Shown here: positions 8,711-17,895 of the stretch, in pieces
How the letters are laid out: every line of letters begins with the position of its first letter
Position numbering within the stretch: the stretch's first letter is position 1
Virus record (IMG/VR): IMGVR_UViG_3300037483_000793
Coordinates: 96,001 to 160,000 of that record
Direction: 5' to 3' (one strand)
Source of the DNA: a virus
DNA: 64,000 bases
The notes under the pieces: model-generated
Seen by the model: only the letters and a program-made list of their open reading frames with translations
Told to the model about the DNA's origin: nothing
Database searches by the model: none
Made by a program: the position numbers and the translations under genes

Positions 8711-8993
8711 AACTGGCTTCTGCTCGCGCTGCAAGCTCGTTCGTCAAGACGACGAATACGGTTGGCCGGTCACGCCGTGTGCGTGCTTCGTCGAGCACCA
8801 CGCCGACGACTGCCGCTTGCGCGTCGCGATCCGTGCGCCGATCGGCATCCCGTGTGAAGTACACAGCACTGACTCGTGCCCGACATGCTTCTCGTGCACG
8901 TGCGGCGTCGATCCTGCGCGAGCGTTCGTGTGGGCCAAGCACGTGTTCGAGTGGGAAGACAGTGTCGGACTCATGCCAGTGACGAGAATGTGA
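8703..8993 (+). CDS. Cys-rich hypothetical protein
   Basis: 11 Cys in 96 aa; coupled. Confidence 0.6.
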   Translation: MSETGFCSRCKLVRQDDEYGWPVTPCACFVEHHADDCRLRVAIRAPIGIPCEVHSTDSCPTCFSCTCGVDPARAFVWAKHVFEWEDSVGLMPVTRM

Positions 8994-9247
8994 TGCACGA
9001 CGTTCCATCGTTGATCGAGCTACGCTACGGCCGCGCTTGGCCGCGGATCGCTTGTTTGCTCGCGCACAAGACGCGCCCATACGCATTCTATGGCTGTCAC
9101 AAGTCACATGGTCACTACGGCACGTGTGAACACGAACCGCAACGGACGTTGTGTGTGCATCGCGGCGGTTGCTATCCCTGCCTAGGCGTCAACGGAGAGC
9201 ACTGTAACTGCCCACGGCGCGATCAAGATTCCGGTGACGAAACGTGA
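8993..9247 (+). CDS. Cys/His-rich hypothetical protein
   Basis: MHDVPSLIE... start; coupled. Confidence 0.55.
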   Translation: MHDVPSLIELRYGRAWPRIACLLAHKTRPYAFYGCHKSHGHYGTCEHEPQRTLCVHRGGCYPCLGVNGEHCNCPRRDQDSGDET

Positions 9248-9885
9248 GCACAAAGATCTGGGAGGCGTACTGCATCAAGCCTGAACACGACGTCTGGACC
9301 GTCATGTGGGATTTGCGCCGTCGTGCCGAGCAGCGCGTGCGCAAGACACTGACGAAATTTTATCGTGCGCTGATCGAAGACGTGAAGCTACCCGCGAAAG
9401 AACGCGCGTGGCTAATCGGAACTGCAGGCGCTTCGATGGACGCATCGGACTTTACGTACCTGAGCGCGAGTCGGTTTGTTCAGAGCGAGTACAAGCAGAC
9501 CATCGGCCGGTCCGAGCGCAGCATCTGGGACTTGAACGTCAGCGTCGTCGTACGGCGCGCGAGCAGGAAGCGAACGCTGTTGATCCCGTACCCGGGCTCG
9601 GGACTACTCAACGGTTCGCTGGCGTTCATGCGGCGCCACAAGGCACTCGCTGACTACCACTACCAGAATCAGTCCGACCGACCGTCGCACGTGTCAGCCA
9701 GAACGTGGCGCGAACGCGCCCGCACGTGGGATCCGCTACTCGACGACGAGAACTGGCAGGACAAACTCGTGCTCGAAATCGTGTCGATCGACGGTTTCTT
9801 CCGCGTCGACCCGGTGTGGAATCTCATGCGCCGCGAGTTCAGGCGCACCGGCAAACTACCAGAACCACAAGCCGATCGCCCTTGA
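9244..9885 (+). CDS. hypothetical protein
   Basis: 213-aa ORF; LADYHYQNQSDRP...W...W..L motif. Confidence 0.7.
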   Translation: MSTKIWEAYCIKPEHDVWTVMWDLRRRAEQRVRKTLTKFYRALIEDVKLPAKERAWLIGTAGASMDASDFTYLSASRFVQSEYKQTIGRSERSIWDLNVSVVVRRASRKRTLLIPYPGSGLLNGSLAFMRRHKALADYHYQNQSDRPSHVSARTWRERARTWDPLLDDENWQDKLVLEIVSIDGFFRVDPVWNLMRREFRRTGKLPEPQADRP

Positions 9886-9947
9886 TCGCTCTTGCGAGTG
9901 CTTGTAGAGCCGCGTAAGGTCCGCGGTCTTATGTGGACCGGATCACC

Positions 9948-9963
9948 GATCGCACGTGCGATC
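9948..9963. promoter_or_regulatory. GATCGC-N4-GCGATC palindrome
   Basis: GATCGCACGTGCGATC (perfect), intergenic. Confidence 0.75.
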
Positions 9964-10039
9964 GACATCGAAGTGCTAGAGCTGCTCGTCATCGAGATGC
10001 AGCTCAACAGCGCCGAGTCCGTGTATAGTCAAGAGCATC

Positions 10040-10294
10040 ATGATCGCAGCGGTCGAACGAGCAGCAACAAAAACCAAACCGGATCGGTTGTGTGTCGTGC
10101 GTTGGACGGGTCGCGTACGATTGCACGTGGAAGTGTTGACGGTCTGCGGTGAGAGTATCGACGCCGCCGATGGTGTCGTGCAGGTTCCCGAGTTCATCTT
10201 GACCGGCCGCGCAGTGCCGAGCATCAGTAATCTCGGCGGTGAGGGCATCAAGGCTCTGAAAATCTGCGAAGACTGCAAGCGCGCGATCGGCTAG
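10040..10294 (+). CDS. small hypothetical protein
   Basis: VLTVCG...ICEDC. Confidence 0.5.
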   Translation: MIAAVERAATKTKPDRLCVVRWTGRVRLHVEVLTVCGESIDAADGVVQVPEFILTGRAVPSISNLGGEGIKALKICEDCKRAIG

Positions 10295-11055
10295 CGGTGC
10301 TTGATCGCGAACTGCAGTGCTTCGCGGCCGAGCCTGAACGCGAGCGCCTTGCCGCTCGGGCCAAGTCGATACGGGCTCTGCGCAGCCCGCTTGGCGATGC
10401 GTAGCGCGAACCATGAAGCGGCGACGACGCCCACGACACCGAGCGCGCCGAGACCGATCTTGGCGCCCGTTGACATGCCGGTCGAGGCCATCGACGGCTG
10501 GACGCCGAGTGTCGCGAGCGCGGCAGCGATCTGTGGCGCGGCATCGCGTGCACCGTCAGCTGTGAAGTGGATCCCGTCGCCGCTCCGCTGCGCCATCTCG
10601 GTCAGCGGCCGGATGTCGAGCGTGCGGTCGATGCCGTACACGCCTCGGATCGTGTCCAGCATGAGCGGTGCAGCGGTCTCGAACTTGATGGCGTCGTACG
10701 ACGGCGGTCCGAGCGCGACAACTTCGGCGTGCGCGAGCTTGTACGCGTCACGGATTGCTTTCATGGCCGTCGCGGTCCGTGCAAGTTCGGGCGTCGTCAT
10801 GCCGCGATTGATGTCGTTGGTGCCAAGAAAGACGATGACTTTGGTCGGCTTGAACTGCGAGATGTCCGACGCGATTTGCGACAACCCGTTCTCGCCCTGA
10901 ATGAAGCTGATCGCCGAGCGGCCAACGCGCGCATTGATGTGGACGTCCTGTGCGCCAGCACCGTGCAGGAGCTGACCGAGAACGCCGCCCGGCGAGAACG
11001 CGCTCGCCGACAAGCTGTCACCGAGAATCAGAATACGCTCGCCGCGGATGTTCAT
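10291..11055 (-). CDS. SGNH/GDSL hydrolase with C-terminal membrane anchor
   Basis: Blocks GDSLS, NARVGRS, LGTND, DGIHF; TM GLGALGVVGVVAASWFAL followed by basic residues. Confidence 0.9.
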   Translation of the reverse strand: MNIRGERILILGDSLSASAFSPGGVLGQLLHGAGAQDVHINARVGRSAISFIQGENGLSQIASDISQFKPTKVIVFLGTNDINRGMTTPELARTATAMKAIRDAYKLAHAEVVALGPPSYDAIKFETAAPLMLDTIRGVYGIDRTLDIRPLTEMAQRSGDGIHFTADGARDAAPQIAAALATLGVQPSMASTGMSTGAKIGLGALGVVGVVAASWFALRIAKRAAQSPYRLGPSGKALAFRLGREALQFAIKHR

Positions 11056-11993
11056 CGGCGCTTCCGCGTGTAGCCGACGAGTGGGCCGCGCGTCGCCAAG
11101 TTCTTGGCAACGTGGAGCGCGAGCCAACCCGCACCGACCAAGCCGCCAATCGCGGCAATCACCGCGAAGAACCTTTTGACGCTACTGTCAGCGTCGGCGG
11201 ATTCGGATGCCGTCGTCGAGCAGATCGGCATGTTCGGCGACCAGTTCGGAGCTGCTTCATTCGACACGGCCGCGATACCGCGCGCGAGCAGCGTCATGCC
11301 TTGTGGCGACGTCGGCTGCACGCCGTACTGGCGCATGAGAAACGTGCGGCGGTGATCGACACCCGGCAGCGGACCGACCCAGTAGTTGCCGCGCGTCGCA
11401 GTACTCTGCAGTGTCGCGGCCGGGTTGGGGTACGCGTTGCGGTTGAACAGATTAGATTGATCGTCTGCGAGCCGCGCGAAATTGTGGCTGCGGCCTGACG
11501 CGATGAGGTCTCCGAGTAGGAGCGTTAGCACGCTCGGATCGAGACGCGTCGAGGCCCAACGACGATACGGCGCCGTCGTGACACCGGTCGGTCCATGGAT
11601 CGGACCATAGAAGCCGTAGTTCGGATGGCCTACGCCCTGGTTGTAGAGCAGGACGTTGAGCACCGACTTGCCGCGGAGCTTGGCGCGGTTGACGGCCGCT
11701 TCACCGACAGCGACGCGTTCTTCGATCGTGCCGTTGCCGATCTCGGACTGCATGTAGCGGGCAAGCGTGTAGGCTTCGAGTGAGAGCTTGCCACTGAACA
11801 GTCCCGGCGCGAGCTGCTTGAGCCGCGTCTCGGCGTTCGCGCGCATGCTCTCTGGCGAGCACGCGATGTTGCCCTGGTCGTTGAGCGCACAGCCCGAGAA
11901 CACGGTGACCTGCGCGCCCCGCGCGAGCGGCGCAAGCATGGCGTGCCATGGCGGATAGCACGTCGTCGGCGTGTCCAACATCGGAGTCGCCAC
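11052..11993 (-). CDS. SleB/Hydrolase_2-like cell-wall hydrolase with C-terminal membrane anchor
   Basis: YTLARYMQSEIG.G..EE..AVG...VNR motif (catalytic Glu); TM FFAVIAAIGGLVGAGWLAL; tail RKRR. Confidence 0.7.
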   Translation of the reverse strand: MATPMLDTPTTCYPPWHAMLAPLARGAQVTVFSGCALNDQGNIACSPESMRANAETRLKQLAPGLFSGKLSLEAYTLARYMQSEIGNGTIEERVAVGEAAVNRAKLRGKSVLNVLLYNQGVGHPNYGFYGPIHGPTGVTTAPYRRWASTRLDPSVLTLLLGDLIASGRSHNFARLADDQSNLFNRNAYPNPAATLQSTATRGNYWVGPLPGVDHRRTFLMRQYGVQPTSPQGMTLLARGIAAVSNEAAPNWSPNMPICSTTASESADADSSVKRFFAVIAAIGGLVGAGWLALHVAKNLATRGPLVGYTRKRR

Positions 11994-11996
11994 GGG

Positions 11997-12608
11997 CTAC
12001 CTGCTCCGGCGGTTCCGACGGCGATAGGTGCGGCCGAGCCCGTTGCGCTTGGGCTTGCCGAAGCCTTGCGCGAACGCGATGGTCGGCGTGATGACCGGAA
12101 ACACCGCACCCATGACGCCCCACCAGATGCCCCAGCCGAGACTGTCGTTGCGTTTGTAGCCGTGATAAACGCTCGCCGCAAACGAAGCAGTGCTCAGCAC
12201 GCCCCAGATGATCCGGACAGGCATCGACGGCGGTTTCAGGAAATTGGCGCGCCGCTCGAATGCGCGCATGCCCTGCTGTACGAGCAACGGATTGGCGCCA
12301 ATCGCAATCGCGCGAGCCGCGACCTCTTGACGTTCGGCGTCCGTCGAGAGGACTTCGAGAATCGCCTGAACGTCCGCAGCGAACATCGCGCTGCGGATCC
12401 GCTCCGCGAGCTTTTGCAGCTCGGCGTCGGTCAGCGCACCGAGCCCACCGAACACACCACTGTCACCGAAACCGCCCGCACCGATGCGGACGTCGCCATC
12501 GGCGGGCAGATTCCACGGGACGGGCTGGATCCCGCCGCCACCTCCGCGAACGACAAAGGTCTCGTGGCGGTGAATAGGCGAAACGGTCTCGGTACCGAGC
12601 GTCAGCAT
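11997..12608 (-). CDS. membrane protein, putative virion component
   Basis: Two C-terminal hydrophobic segments (IIWGVLSTASFAASVYHG; LGWGIWWGVMGAVFPVI), GGFGD/GGLGA motifs, Arg-rich tail. Confidence 0.75.
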   Translation of the reverse strand: MLTLGTETVSPIHRHETFVVRGGGGGIQPVPWNLPADGDVRIGAGGFGDSGVFGGLGALTDAELQKLAERIRSAMFAADVQAILEVLSTDAERQEVAARAIAIGANPLLVQQGMRAFERRANFLKPPSMPVRIIWGVLSTASFAASVYHGYKRNDSLGWGIWWGVMGAVFPVITPTIAFAQGFGKPKRNGLGRTYRRRNRRSR

Positions 12609-12637
12609 GCATTGATTCTACACCCAAACATTCACTT

Positions 12638-12653
12638 GATCGCGCGAGCGATC
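12638..12653. promoter_or_regulatory. GATCGC-N4-GCGATC palindrome
   Basis: GATCGCGCGAGCGATC between divergent genes, with TAGAAT (minus) and TAGCGT (plus) -10 hexamers on each side. Confidence 0.85.
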
Positions 12654-12673
12654 GCGTTGTAGCGTCCGTCGCG

Positions 12674-12895
12674 ATGCCACGAGGAAAGGCCGTTGACTAC
12701 GCGCAACCGCTCACACCGTACGAGCGTTCCGACGAAGAGTACCGGCAGCTGGCGATCAGTACGAAGTTGCGAACCCTGGCTGACATGTCCGAGCGCGAGA
12801 TCCGCGCGCTGGAGCGGTACTACAAGTGCCCCGTGATCAGACCCGAGGTGCGCAACCGGCGCCGCCGGGCCCCCGGCCACGCCGTAGCAGCCTGA
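12674..12895 (+). CDS. small hypothetical protein
   Basis: ATG 8 nt after TAGCGT. Confidence 0.55.
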   Translation: MPRGKAVDYAQPLTPYERSDEEYRQLAISTKLRTLADMSEREIRALERYYKCPVIRPEVRNRRRRAPGHAVAA

Positions 12896-12919
12896 CCCGG
12901 GGATCGCTCTGGGCGCCTG

Positions 12920-12943
12920 AAATCAGCGAATTCAAGCTGATTT
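12920..12943. repeat. 8-8-8 inverted repeat in an AT-richer intergenic tract
   Basis: AAATCAGC-GAATTCAA-GCTGATTT. Confidence 0.7.
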
Positions 12944-13084
12944 GCGCTGTTTTAGGGTCCTGAAATCGCGTACTTACGAGAAAGTGCGCTTACTCTTGCT
13001 TTGTTTGAATAGCTTGCTGCGTGGGTCGTCTGTAGGGCAGACTCGGTTGTTGCCAAGTCGCTCTCGACAAGGAGACGCCCCCCC

Positions 13085-13522
13085 ATGAAGCTCGCATCCG
13101 GCCCCGACGCACTCAAGTTCGCTCTGGCAGGCAACGCGCGCCTGACGCTTGTGTCCGAGCGCACCGGCACGCGGTTCACGTTCCGCATCAGGGCAAAGGC
13201 CGTCAAGAGCGGCGAGGCTCCGGCACCGCCCTGGTTCGTGTCGGTGCTGACCGGCCGCGAGAACGAGAGCGACTATACGTTCCTCGGCACGATCTTCGAG
13301 GACCGCGTCACCTACCGCCACGGCCGCAAGTCGACCGTGTCGCCCGAGGCGCCGAGCGCCAAGGGCTTCGCGTGGGCCTGGACGTTCATTGCCAAGGGCG
13401 AGCTGCCGCCGGGCTGCGAAGTCTGGCACGAGGGTCGCTGCGGTCGCTGCGGTCGCGCGCTGACCGTGCCTGAGTCGATTGCGTTGGGCATCGGGCCCGA
13501 GTGCGCGAGCGGAGGGTTCTAG
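13085..13522 (+). CDS. DUF6011-like zinc-ribbon protein
   Basis: C-terminal CGRCGRALTVPESIALGIGPEC; AAGGAG RBS. Confidence 0.8.
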   Translation: MKLASGPDALKFALAGNARLTLVSERTGTRFTFRIRAKAVKSGEAPAPPWFVSVLTGRENESDYTFLGTIFEDRVTYRHGRKSTVSPEAPSAKGFAWAWTFIAKGELPPGCEVWHEGRCGRCGRALTVPESIALGIGPECASGGF

Positions 13523-13525
13523 GTC

Positions 13526-13825
13526 ATGTTCGATCTCAATAGTCTCAAGCTCATTCGTCAGCGCTGCGTCGATCCTATGTGCTGCCAGGGCAGCGTTGAT
13601 TGCGAGCGCCCGATTCACGTGTTCACGTACCCCGGTTTCGACGGCTACGTCGAAGCGTGCAGCGAGCACGCCCGCGAGGAACTTGCGACCGCCGTCGATG
13701 AGAACGACTGGCAGATCATCGATGGCAAGCTCGTCGAGCGCACCGACAACCGCTGCCGCGACTGTGGCGTTCTCGGTGAGACGGTCGGACATCAAACCTG
13801 TGCGTACCCGCAGGAGCACCTATGA
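13526..13825 (+). CDS. Cys-rich hypothetical protein
   Basis: CRDC...HQTC. Confidence 0.6.
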   Translation: MFDLNSLKLIRQRCVDPMCCQGSVDCERPIHVFTYPGFDGYVEACSEHAREELATAVDENDWQIIDGKLVERTDNRCRDCGVLGETVGHQTCAYPQEHL

Positions 13826-14727
13826 CGATGTTCTACGTCGAGAAGCCTGAATCCCAGCCGCGTGCATACGAGCTGACGGACACGGTGCCCGCGCCCTCGG
13901 GCCCGTACCGTCGCTACATCACGAAGTTCGAACAGACGCCCGCATTCATCGTGCACAGCAAGATGCACGGCACGCACGAGAAGCCGCAGCCGTATGTCGT
14001 GCGTGGCGTATCCAAGCGCGGAGAGCTGCTCGTGCAGGCGACGGTCGAGACCAAGTACGAGCCGATCGGCCGTTGGCTCGAAGTCGAGTGCGGCGACACG
14101 CAGGAAGGCTACCGGTTCAAGCGCCGCCTGCTCAAGCCGATCGCGACGCTGATCAAGATCGCGGCCGATGCCGCCAAGGCGAACGCGCGTGTGCAGAAGC
14201 AGCAGGCGCATCAGGCGGACCGCGACGAAAAGTGCGGCGAGTGCCCGGCCTGCTTCGGTGACTACGTCGTGGTGCCGACCAATGCAGCGCGGCTCAAGTT
14301 GAGCAACGCGGCGCAGTACAAGATGGTTCATCACGGCTACGAGCGGCCTGGTGACGGCATGATTCACGGTGATTGCTACGGCGTTGGTTACGCGCCGTTC
14401 GAGGTCTCGTGCGAAGGCACCAAGTTCTACCGTGGCATCGTGCAGAACTCACTGCAGATGCGTCAGGACGTACTGACGGCGCTGCCAATGTTGGAGACGG
14501 TCAAGGTCGAGGACGGCTCCAAGTTCGTCGGCGGGCGGTTCTGGCCCGTGTACAAGGAAATCAAGCGTGGCGAGTACGGGTTCGACGCCGAAATCGCGTT
14601 GCGCCGTCGGAAGCTCGAAAGCCAAATCGATTCGGCCAGGCATCACCTCGCCGAGCTGAACAAGAAGATCGCGAACTGGAAGCCGCAGCCGTTTCCACGA
14701 CCGATCAAGAAAGGCAAAACGTCGTGA
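13822..14727 (+). CDS. hypothetical protein with CxxC...HGYxRPG...C motif
   Basis: CPACFG...HHGYERPGDG..HGDCYG, a pattern I recall from phage early proteins. Confidence 0.75.
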   Translation: MTMFYVEKPESQPRAYELTDTVPAPSGPYRRYITKFEQTPAFIVHSKMHGTHEKPQPYVVRGVSKRGELLVQATVETKYEPIGRWLEVECGDTQEGYRFKRRLLKPIATLIKIAADAAKANARVQKQQAHQADRDEKCGECPACFGDYVVVPTNAARLKLSNAAQYKMVHHGYERPGDGMIHGDCYGVGYAPFEVSCEGTKFYRGIVQNSLQMRQDVLTALPMLETVKVEDGSKFVGGRFWPVYKEIKRGEYGFDAEIALRRRKLESQIDSARHHLAELNKKIANWKPQPFPRPIKKGKTS

Positions 14728-15170
14728 CCAAGACCAAGCGTCGTGTTTCCCGTGAACAGCGTCTGCGCGACGACGTTGCGTATGCCGCCTCATGTCTCAA
14801 AGAGGCAGGTGACCCACTTCATCACCTCGGCCCGAGCGGGCAGTACGAGGACGCGTTCCAGCGCTACAGCAAAGCGATGCATGCACTGCTCGCGTTCGAC
14901 TGTCCACTCGGGATCGAGGAGTGGACGTGGGACGGCTATGCCGGGACATTCCACTTCAAGTGGGTGTTCGGTGCGCAGGCGCGCGAGCTGGGATCCGCCA
15001 AGGCGTACGAGACCCGATACATCAACATGACGTCGCACGGGCGCCTCGACGATTCCAAGCTGATCGACGAGGAGCTGGTGCGCCTCCGCGCCGAAGCTGT
15101 GTATCTCGACGAGATGCGCAGGGCCTTGACGCGTTGGTCACACGATCACGTGAAGGGCGCCGCCAAATGA
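14724..15170 (+). CDS. hypothetical protein
   Basis: MTKTKRRVSRE... GTGA overlap. Confidence 0.65.
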   Translation: MTKTKRRVSREQRLRDDVAYAASCLKEAGDPLHHLGPSGQYEDAFQRYSKAMHALLAFDCPLGIEEWTWDGYAGTFHFKWVFGAQARELGSAKAYETRYINMTSHGRLDDSKLIDEELVRLRAEAVYLDEMRRALTRWSHDHVKGAAK

Positions 15171-15700
15171 AGTGGACCAAGGTCCGTGCGGGCCTGTACC
15201 GCAGCGGCAAGTACGAGCTGCGTCAGGCACGGTGGCGCGCGTCCAACGACGGTTGGATGATCACGACCGACGACGAATCGTTCCATGACTCGGCGCGGCT
15301 TCTGGTCAAAGCAAAGCGCCGTTGCGAGACGCACGCTGCAGACGAGATCAAGAAGGAAGAGCAGCGTCTCGGTCCCGATTTCGGGACGCGCCTGTTCAAT
15401 GCGCATGCGAAGGTAGCCGCGACCGCGCCAAAAACAACGGAGCCGGTGATCCCGAAGGTCGATTTGCTCAATGCATCGGCGCAGCTGTTCTGCGAGACGT
15501 TGTTCCTGGCATCGAAGATCGGTGTCACGGACGCGATGCAAAAGGTCACGCGAGACGATCACGCGCTCGCGACATTGCTCTGCAAGCCGAAGTGCTACCG
15601 CTACGAACACGTGCGCATGCTTCACGAAGCATACGAGGCGGGCCAAACGTTCATGGAGCTGCAAGGTCAACCGACGAACATGAAGTGGGACAAGTCATGA
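15167..15700 (+). CDS. hypothetical protein
   Basis: MKWTKVRAG... ATGA overlap. Confidence 0.65.
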   Translation: MKWTKVRAGLYRSGKYELRQARWRASNDGWMITTDDESFHDSARLLVKAKRRCETHAADEIKKEEQRLGPDFGTRLFNAHAKVAATAPKTTEPVIPKVDLLNASAQLFCETLFLASKIGVTDAMQKVTRDDHALATLLCKPKCYRYEHVRMLHEAYEAGQTFMELQGQPTNMKWDKS

Positions 15701-15885
15701 GCGACTCCAGACGCATCACCAACGAGACGAAGTCGATCCGTTCGGTTGAGAAGGGATCGCGCCTCACGCGCGAGTGCCGTTCGCAGCGCTTGTACTGGCG
15801 CGGTGTGCTGTTCTCGTTCGCGACAAAGCACCACGGTCACGACTACTTCATCGCCGAGATCGATTGCCTCGGAAGGATCATGTGA
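15697..15885 (+). CDS. small hypothetical protein
   Basis: MSDSRRITNE... coupled. Confidence 0.55.
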   Translation: MSDSRRITNETKSIRSVEKGSRLTRECRSQRLYWRGVLFSFATKHHGHDYFIAEIDCLGRIM

Positions 15886-16313
15886 TGGGAAAAAACCGCG
15901 TCAACATCAAGGCAATTCTTCGCGACCCTGCACAGTGCCGCGAGCTGATGATCGATACGATCATCGCAACACAAGCACGCGAAGGCATCACGACCACGCG
16001 CAAGCAAGCTGCGGCTGCATGGGACAAGGTGCAGATAGAGAAGGCGCAGTACTCACTCAAGCAGCGCTTGGACGTTTCACCACAGCGGCCGTTGCCCGTT
16101 CCGCCTGGGTATCGTGACATCGCCACCGCGTTCGGCGAAGCCGAGTTGGAAGAGCCTGTGATGCGCGAGATCTTGGAGCGGTACCACTTCACCAAGCGCG
16201 AACGCAGGGCGCTCGTGAAGGCGATTGTCGCGGGCTACCTCGAAGGTTGGGTTCGCGCCAACTGCGAGCGCGATGATCTGGCCAATCCCATCCTGATGAT
16301 CAGCGCGCCATAG
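15885..16313 (+). CDS. hypothetical protein
   Basis: MGKNRVNIKA... coupled. Confidence 0.6.
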   Translation: MGKNRVNIKAILRDPAQCRELMIDTIIATQAREGITTTRKQAAAAWDKVQIEKAQYSLKQRLDVSPQRPLPVPPGYRDIATAFGEAELEEPVMREILERYHFTKRERRALVKAIVAGYLEGWVRANCERDDLANPILMISAP

Positions 16314-16322
16314 GAGCTGACC

Positions 16323-16529
16323 ATGAACGACACCACACGCGAACACCTGATGAATCACCGGCACACGAAGAACGACGGCTCGGAGTGGGCATACGACGCG
16401 CAGGGCATCGAGTTGTGCCGCGTGTGTCCCGAGTGCCGCGACGTCAAGCTGTCGCAGTACCGGCCGGAGATCCTGACCGGTTACGACCAGCACGACGTCA
16501 ACGAACCCATCGAACCCGAACCGGAGTAG
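16323..16529 (+). CDS. small zinc-ribbon-like protein
   Basis: YDAQGIELCRVCPEC..KLSQYRPEIL; GGAG RBS. Confidence 0.7.
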   Translation: MNDTTREHLMNHRHTKNDGSEWAYDAQGIELCRVCPECRDVKLSQYRPEILTGYDQHDVNEPIEPEPE

Positions 16530-16531
16530 CC

Positions 16532-16756
16532 ATGTCACACCAACCGCCGGGATACCCGACCAAGGCCGAGCGTGATGCCGCGCTTCAGGCGCTGAAACAA
16601 ATTCGCGACCACGGCGAGAAGATTTTGATCAACTCGATGCACAGCCAACGTGCACGCAACCTGCTGGTGACACTCTCGACGTGCATCGAGGTTCTGCGAC
16701 GCGATCCGGACATGTACTTCAAGGCGGTGATGGTCGAGATCGAAGGCGAGCCATGA
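16532..16756 (+). CDS. hypothetical protein
   Basis: MSHQPPG... with RBS. Confidence 0.6.
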   Translation: MSHQPPGYPTKAERDAALQALKQIRDHGEKILINSMHSQRARNLLVTLSTCIEVLRRDPDMYFKAVMVEIEGEP

Positions 16757-17187
16757 CACGTAAGCCAGAGCGCGGCAGCGCCAAAGACAAACTCGAAACG
16801 GTCAAGCAGTGCAAGTCATGTCCTTGGCGTGTCGACTGCGTGCCTGAGAAAGACATCCCGAACGGCTACTGCGCGAACATGCACGCTGAGCTGCACGGCA
16901 CGATCAAAAGTGGTCTGGAGTCGTTGCCGCGACCGGGCGGCGTCATCCGTGCGATGGCGTGCCACTACAGCAAACCCGGCGAGGAGTTCGTCTGCGCTGG
17001 TTGGTTGGAGAATCAGCTCGGGCCTGGCAACAACATCGCGGCGCGTCTCAAGGTTATGACAGGCGCGTGGCCGGTGCCCGAGATCGACGGCGAGCAACAC
17101 GAGCGCTTCGAGGACACGCTGCCCAAAACTAGCACTCGGGCGCCCAAGCGAACGCGACGGCCCCGACAGCCGCGCCGGTCGCGGTGA
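16753..17187 (+). CDS. DUF6283-like Cys-rich protein
   Basis: QCKSCPWR...MACH......CAGW. Confidence 0.65.
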   Translation: MTRKPERGSAKDKLETVKQCKSCPWRVDCVPEKDIPNGYCANMHAELHGTIKSGLESLPRPGGVIRAMACHYSKPGEEFVCAGWLENQLGPGNNIAARLKVMTGAWPVPEIDGEQHERFEDTLPKTSTRAPKRTRRPRQPRRSR

Positions 17188-17380
17188 TGCCGACGGCGGT
17201 CGCCAGACCGTCCGAAATCGGTTCGCCGGGCGCCGATCGTGCGAGCCGCCGCAGGGACACGGTCGTGCCCACCACCAGGCCCAAAACGCCACCTACGAGA
17301 CCACCCATGAGCGCCCCAGCTGTGCCGCGGGCGACGCGCGAGCTGCGACTACAGTGCGCGCTGAGCTGACGACGGCGCAT
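17129..17380 (-). CDS. small two-TM membrane protein ending in PEC
   Basis: Gly-rich hydrophobic hairpin; paralogous to the C-terminal half of 17381-17860. Confidence 0.55.
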   Translation of the reverse strand: MRRRQLSAHCSRSSRVARGTAGALMGGLVGGVLGLVVGTTVSLRRLARSAPGEPISDGLATAVGITATGAAVGAVAFAWAPEC

Positions 17381-17860
17381 CTAGCACTCCGGCTTGGCGG
17401 CGCCGATAGCGAGGCCGCTGACAGCGCCCAGGACCGCGATACCGGACCCGATGAGCATCCAGTGCTTGTAGCGGGCGATGCTAGCGATGGGTTCCGTGAT
17501 GTCGGCCTGCGTGGTCGCGACGGCGACAGCTAGGCCGCCGCCAATCATGCTGCCGATCACGCCGCCGATCAGGGCGCCGAGCCCGCCACGAACGACGCGG
17601 GACGTGTTCGAGCAGGAAGAACTGCCCAGATTCTTGCGATTCCGCACACCATCGAAGTGAATCTTCGCGAGCTTCTTGTAGTAGTTTTTGTCTTCGCACA
17701 GGTGATCGAGCGCGATCTGTTGCGCGATCTTGTGATCGGTGGTGTGTTCCAGCTCGACCGCGGTACCTCGATGTAGCTGCGCAGCGTCGAAGTCCTTTGT
17801 GTGGCATCCGTGACGGCGGGCGTAACCGTTAGGTAGACGGACAGATCGTGCGGGCGTCAT
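17381..17860 (-). CDS. DUF5661-like domain fused to a two-TM hairpin
   Basis: GTAVELEHT...AQQIALDHL.ED..YY.KL; C-terminal hydrophobic hairpin ending KPEC. Confidence 0.75.
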   Translation of the reverse strand: MTPARSVRLPNGYARRHGCHTKDFDAAQLHRGTAVELEHTTDHKIAQQIALDHLCEDKNYYKKLAKIHFDGVRNRKNLGSSSCSNTSRVVRGGLGALIGGVIGSMIGGGLAVAVATTQADITEPIASIARYKHWMLIGSGIAVLGAVSGLAIGAAKPEC

Positions 17861-17877
17861 GCGCTCGACGATACCAT

Positions 17878-17893
17878 GATCGCGTGCGCGATC
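17878..17893. promoter_or_regulatory. GATCGC-N4-GCGATC palindrome
   Basis: GATCGCGTGCGCGATC; 4 nt upstream of TATCGT and leaderless ATG of 17860 (minus). Confidence 0.85.
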
Positions 17894-17895
17894 GA

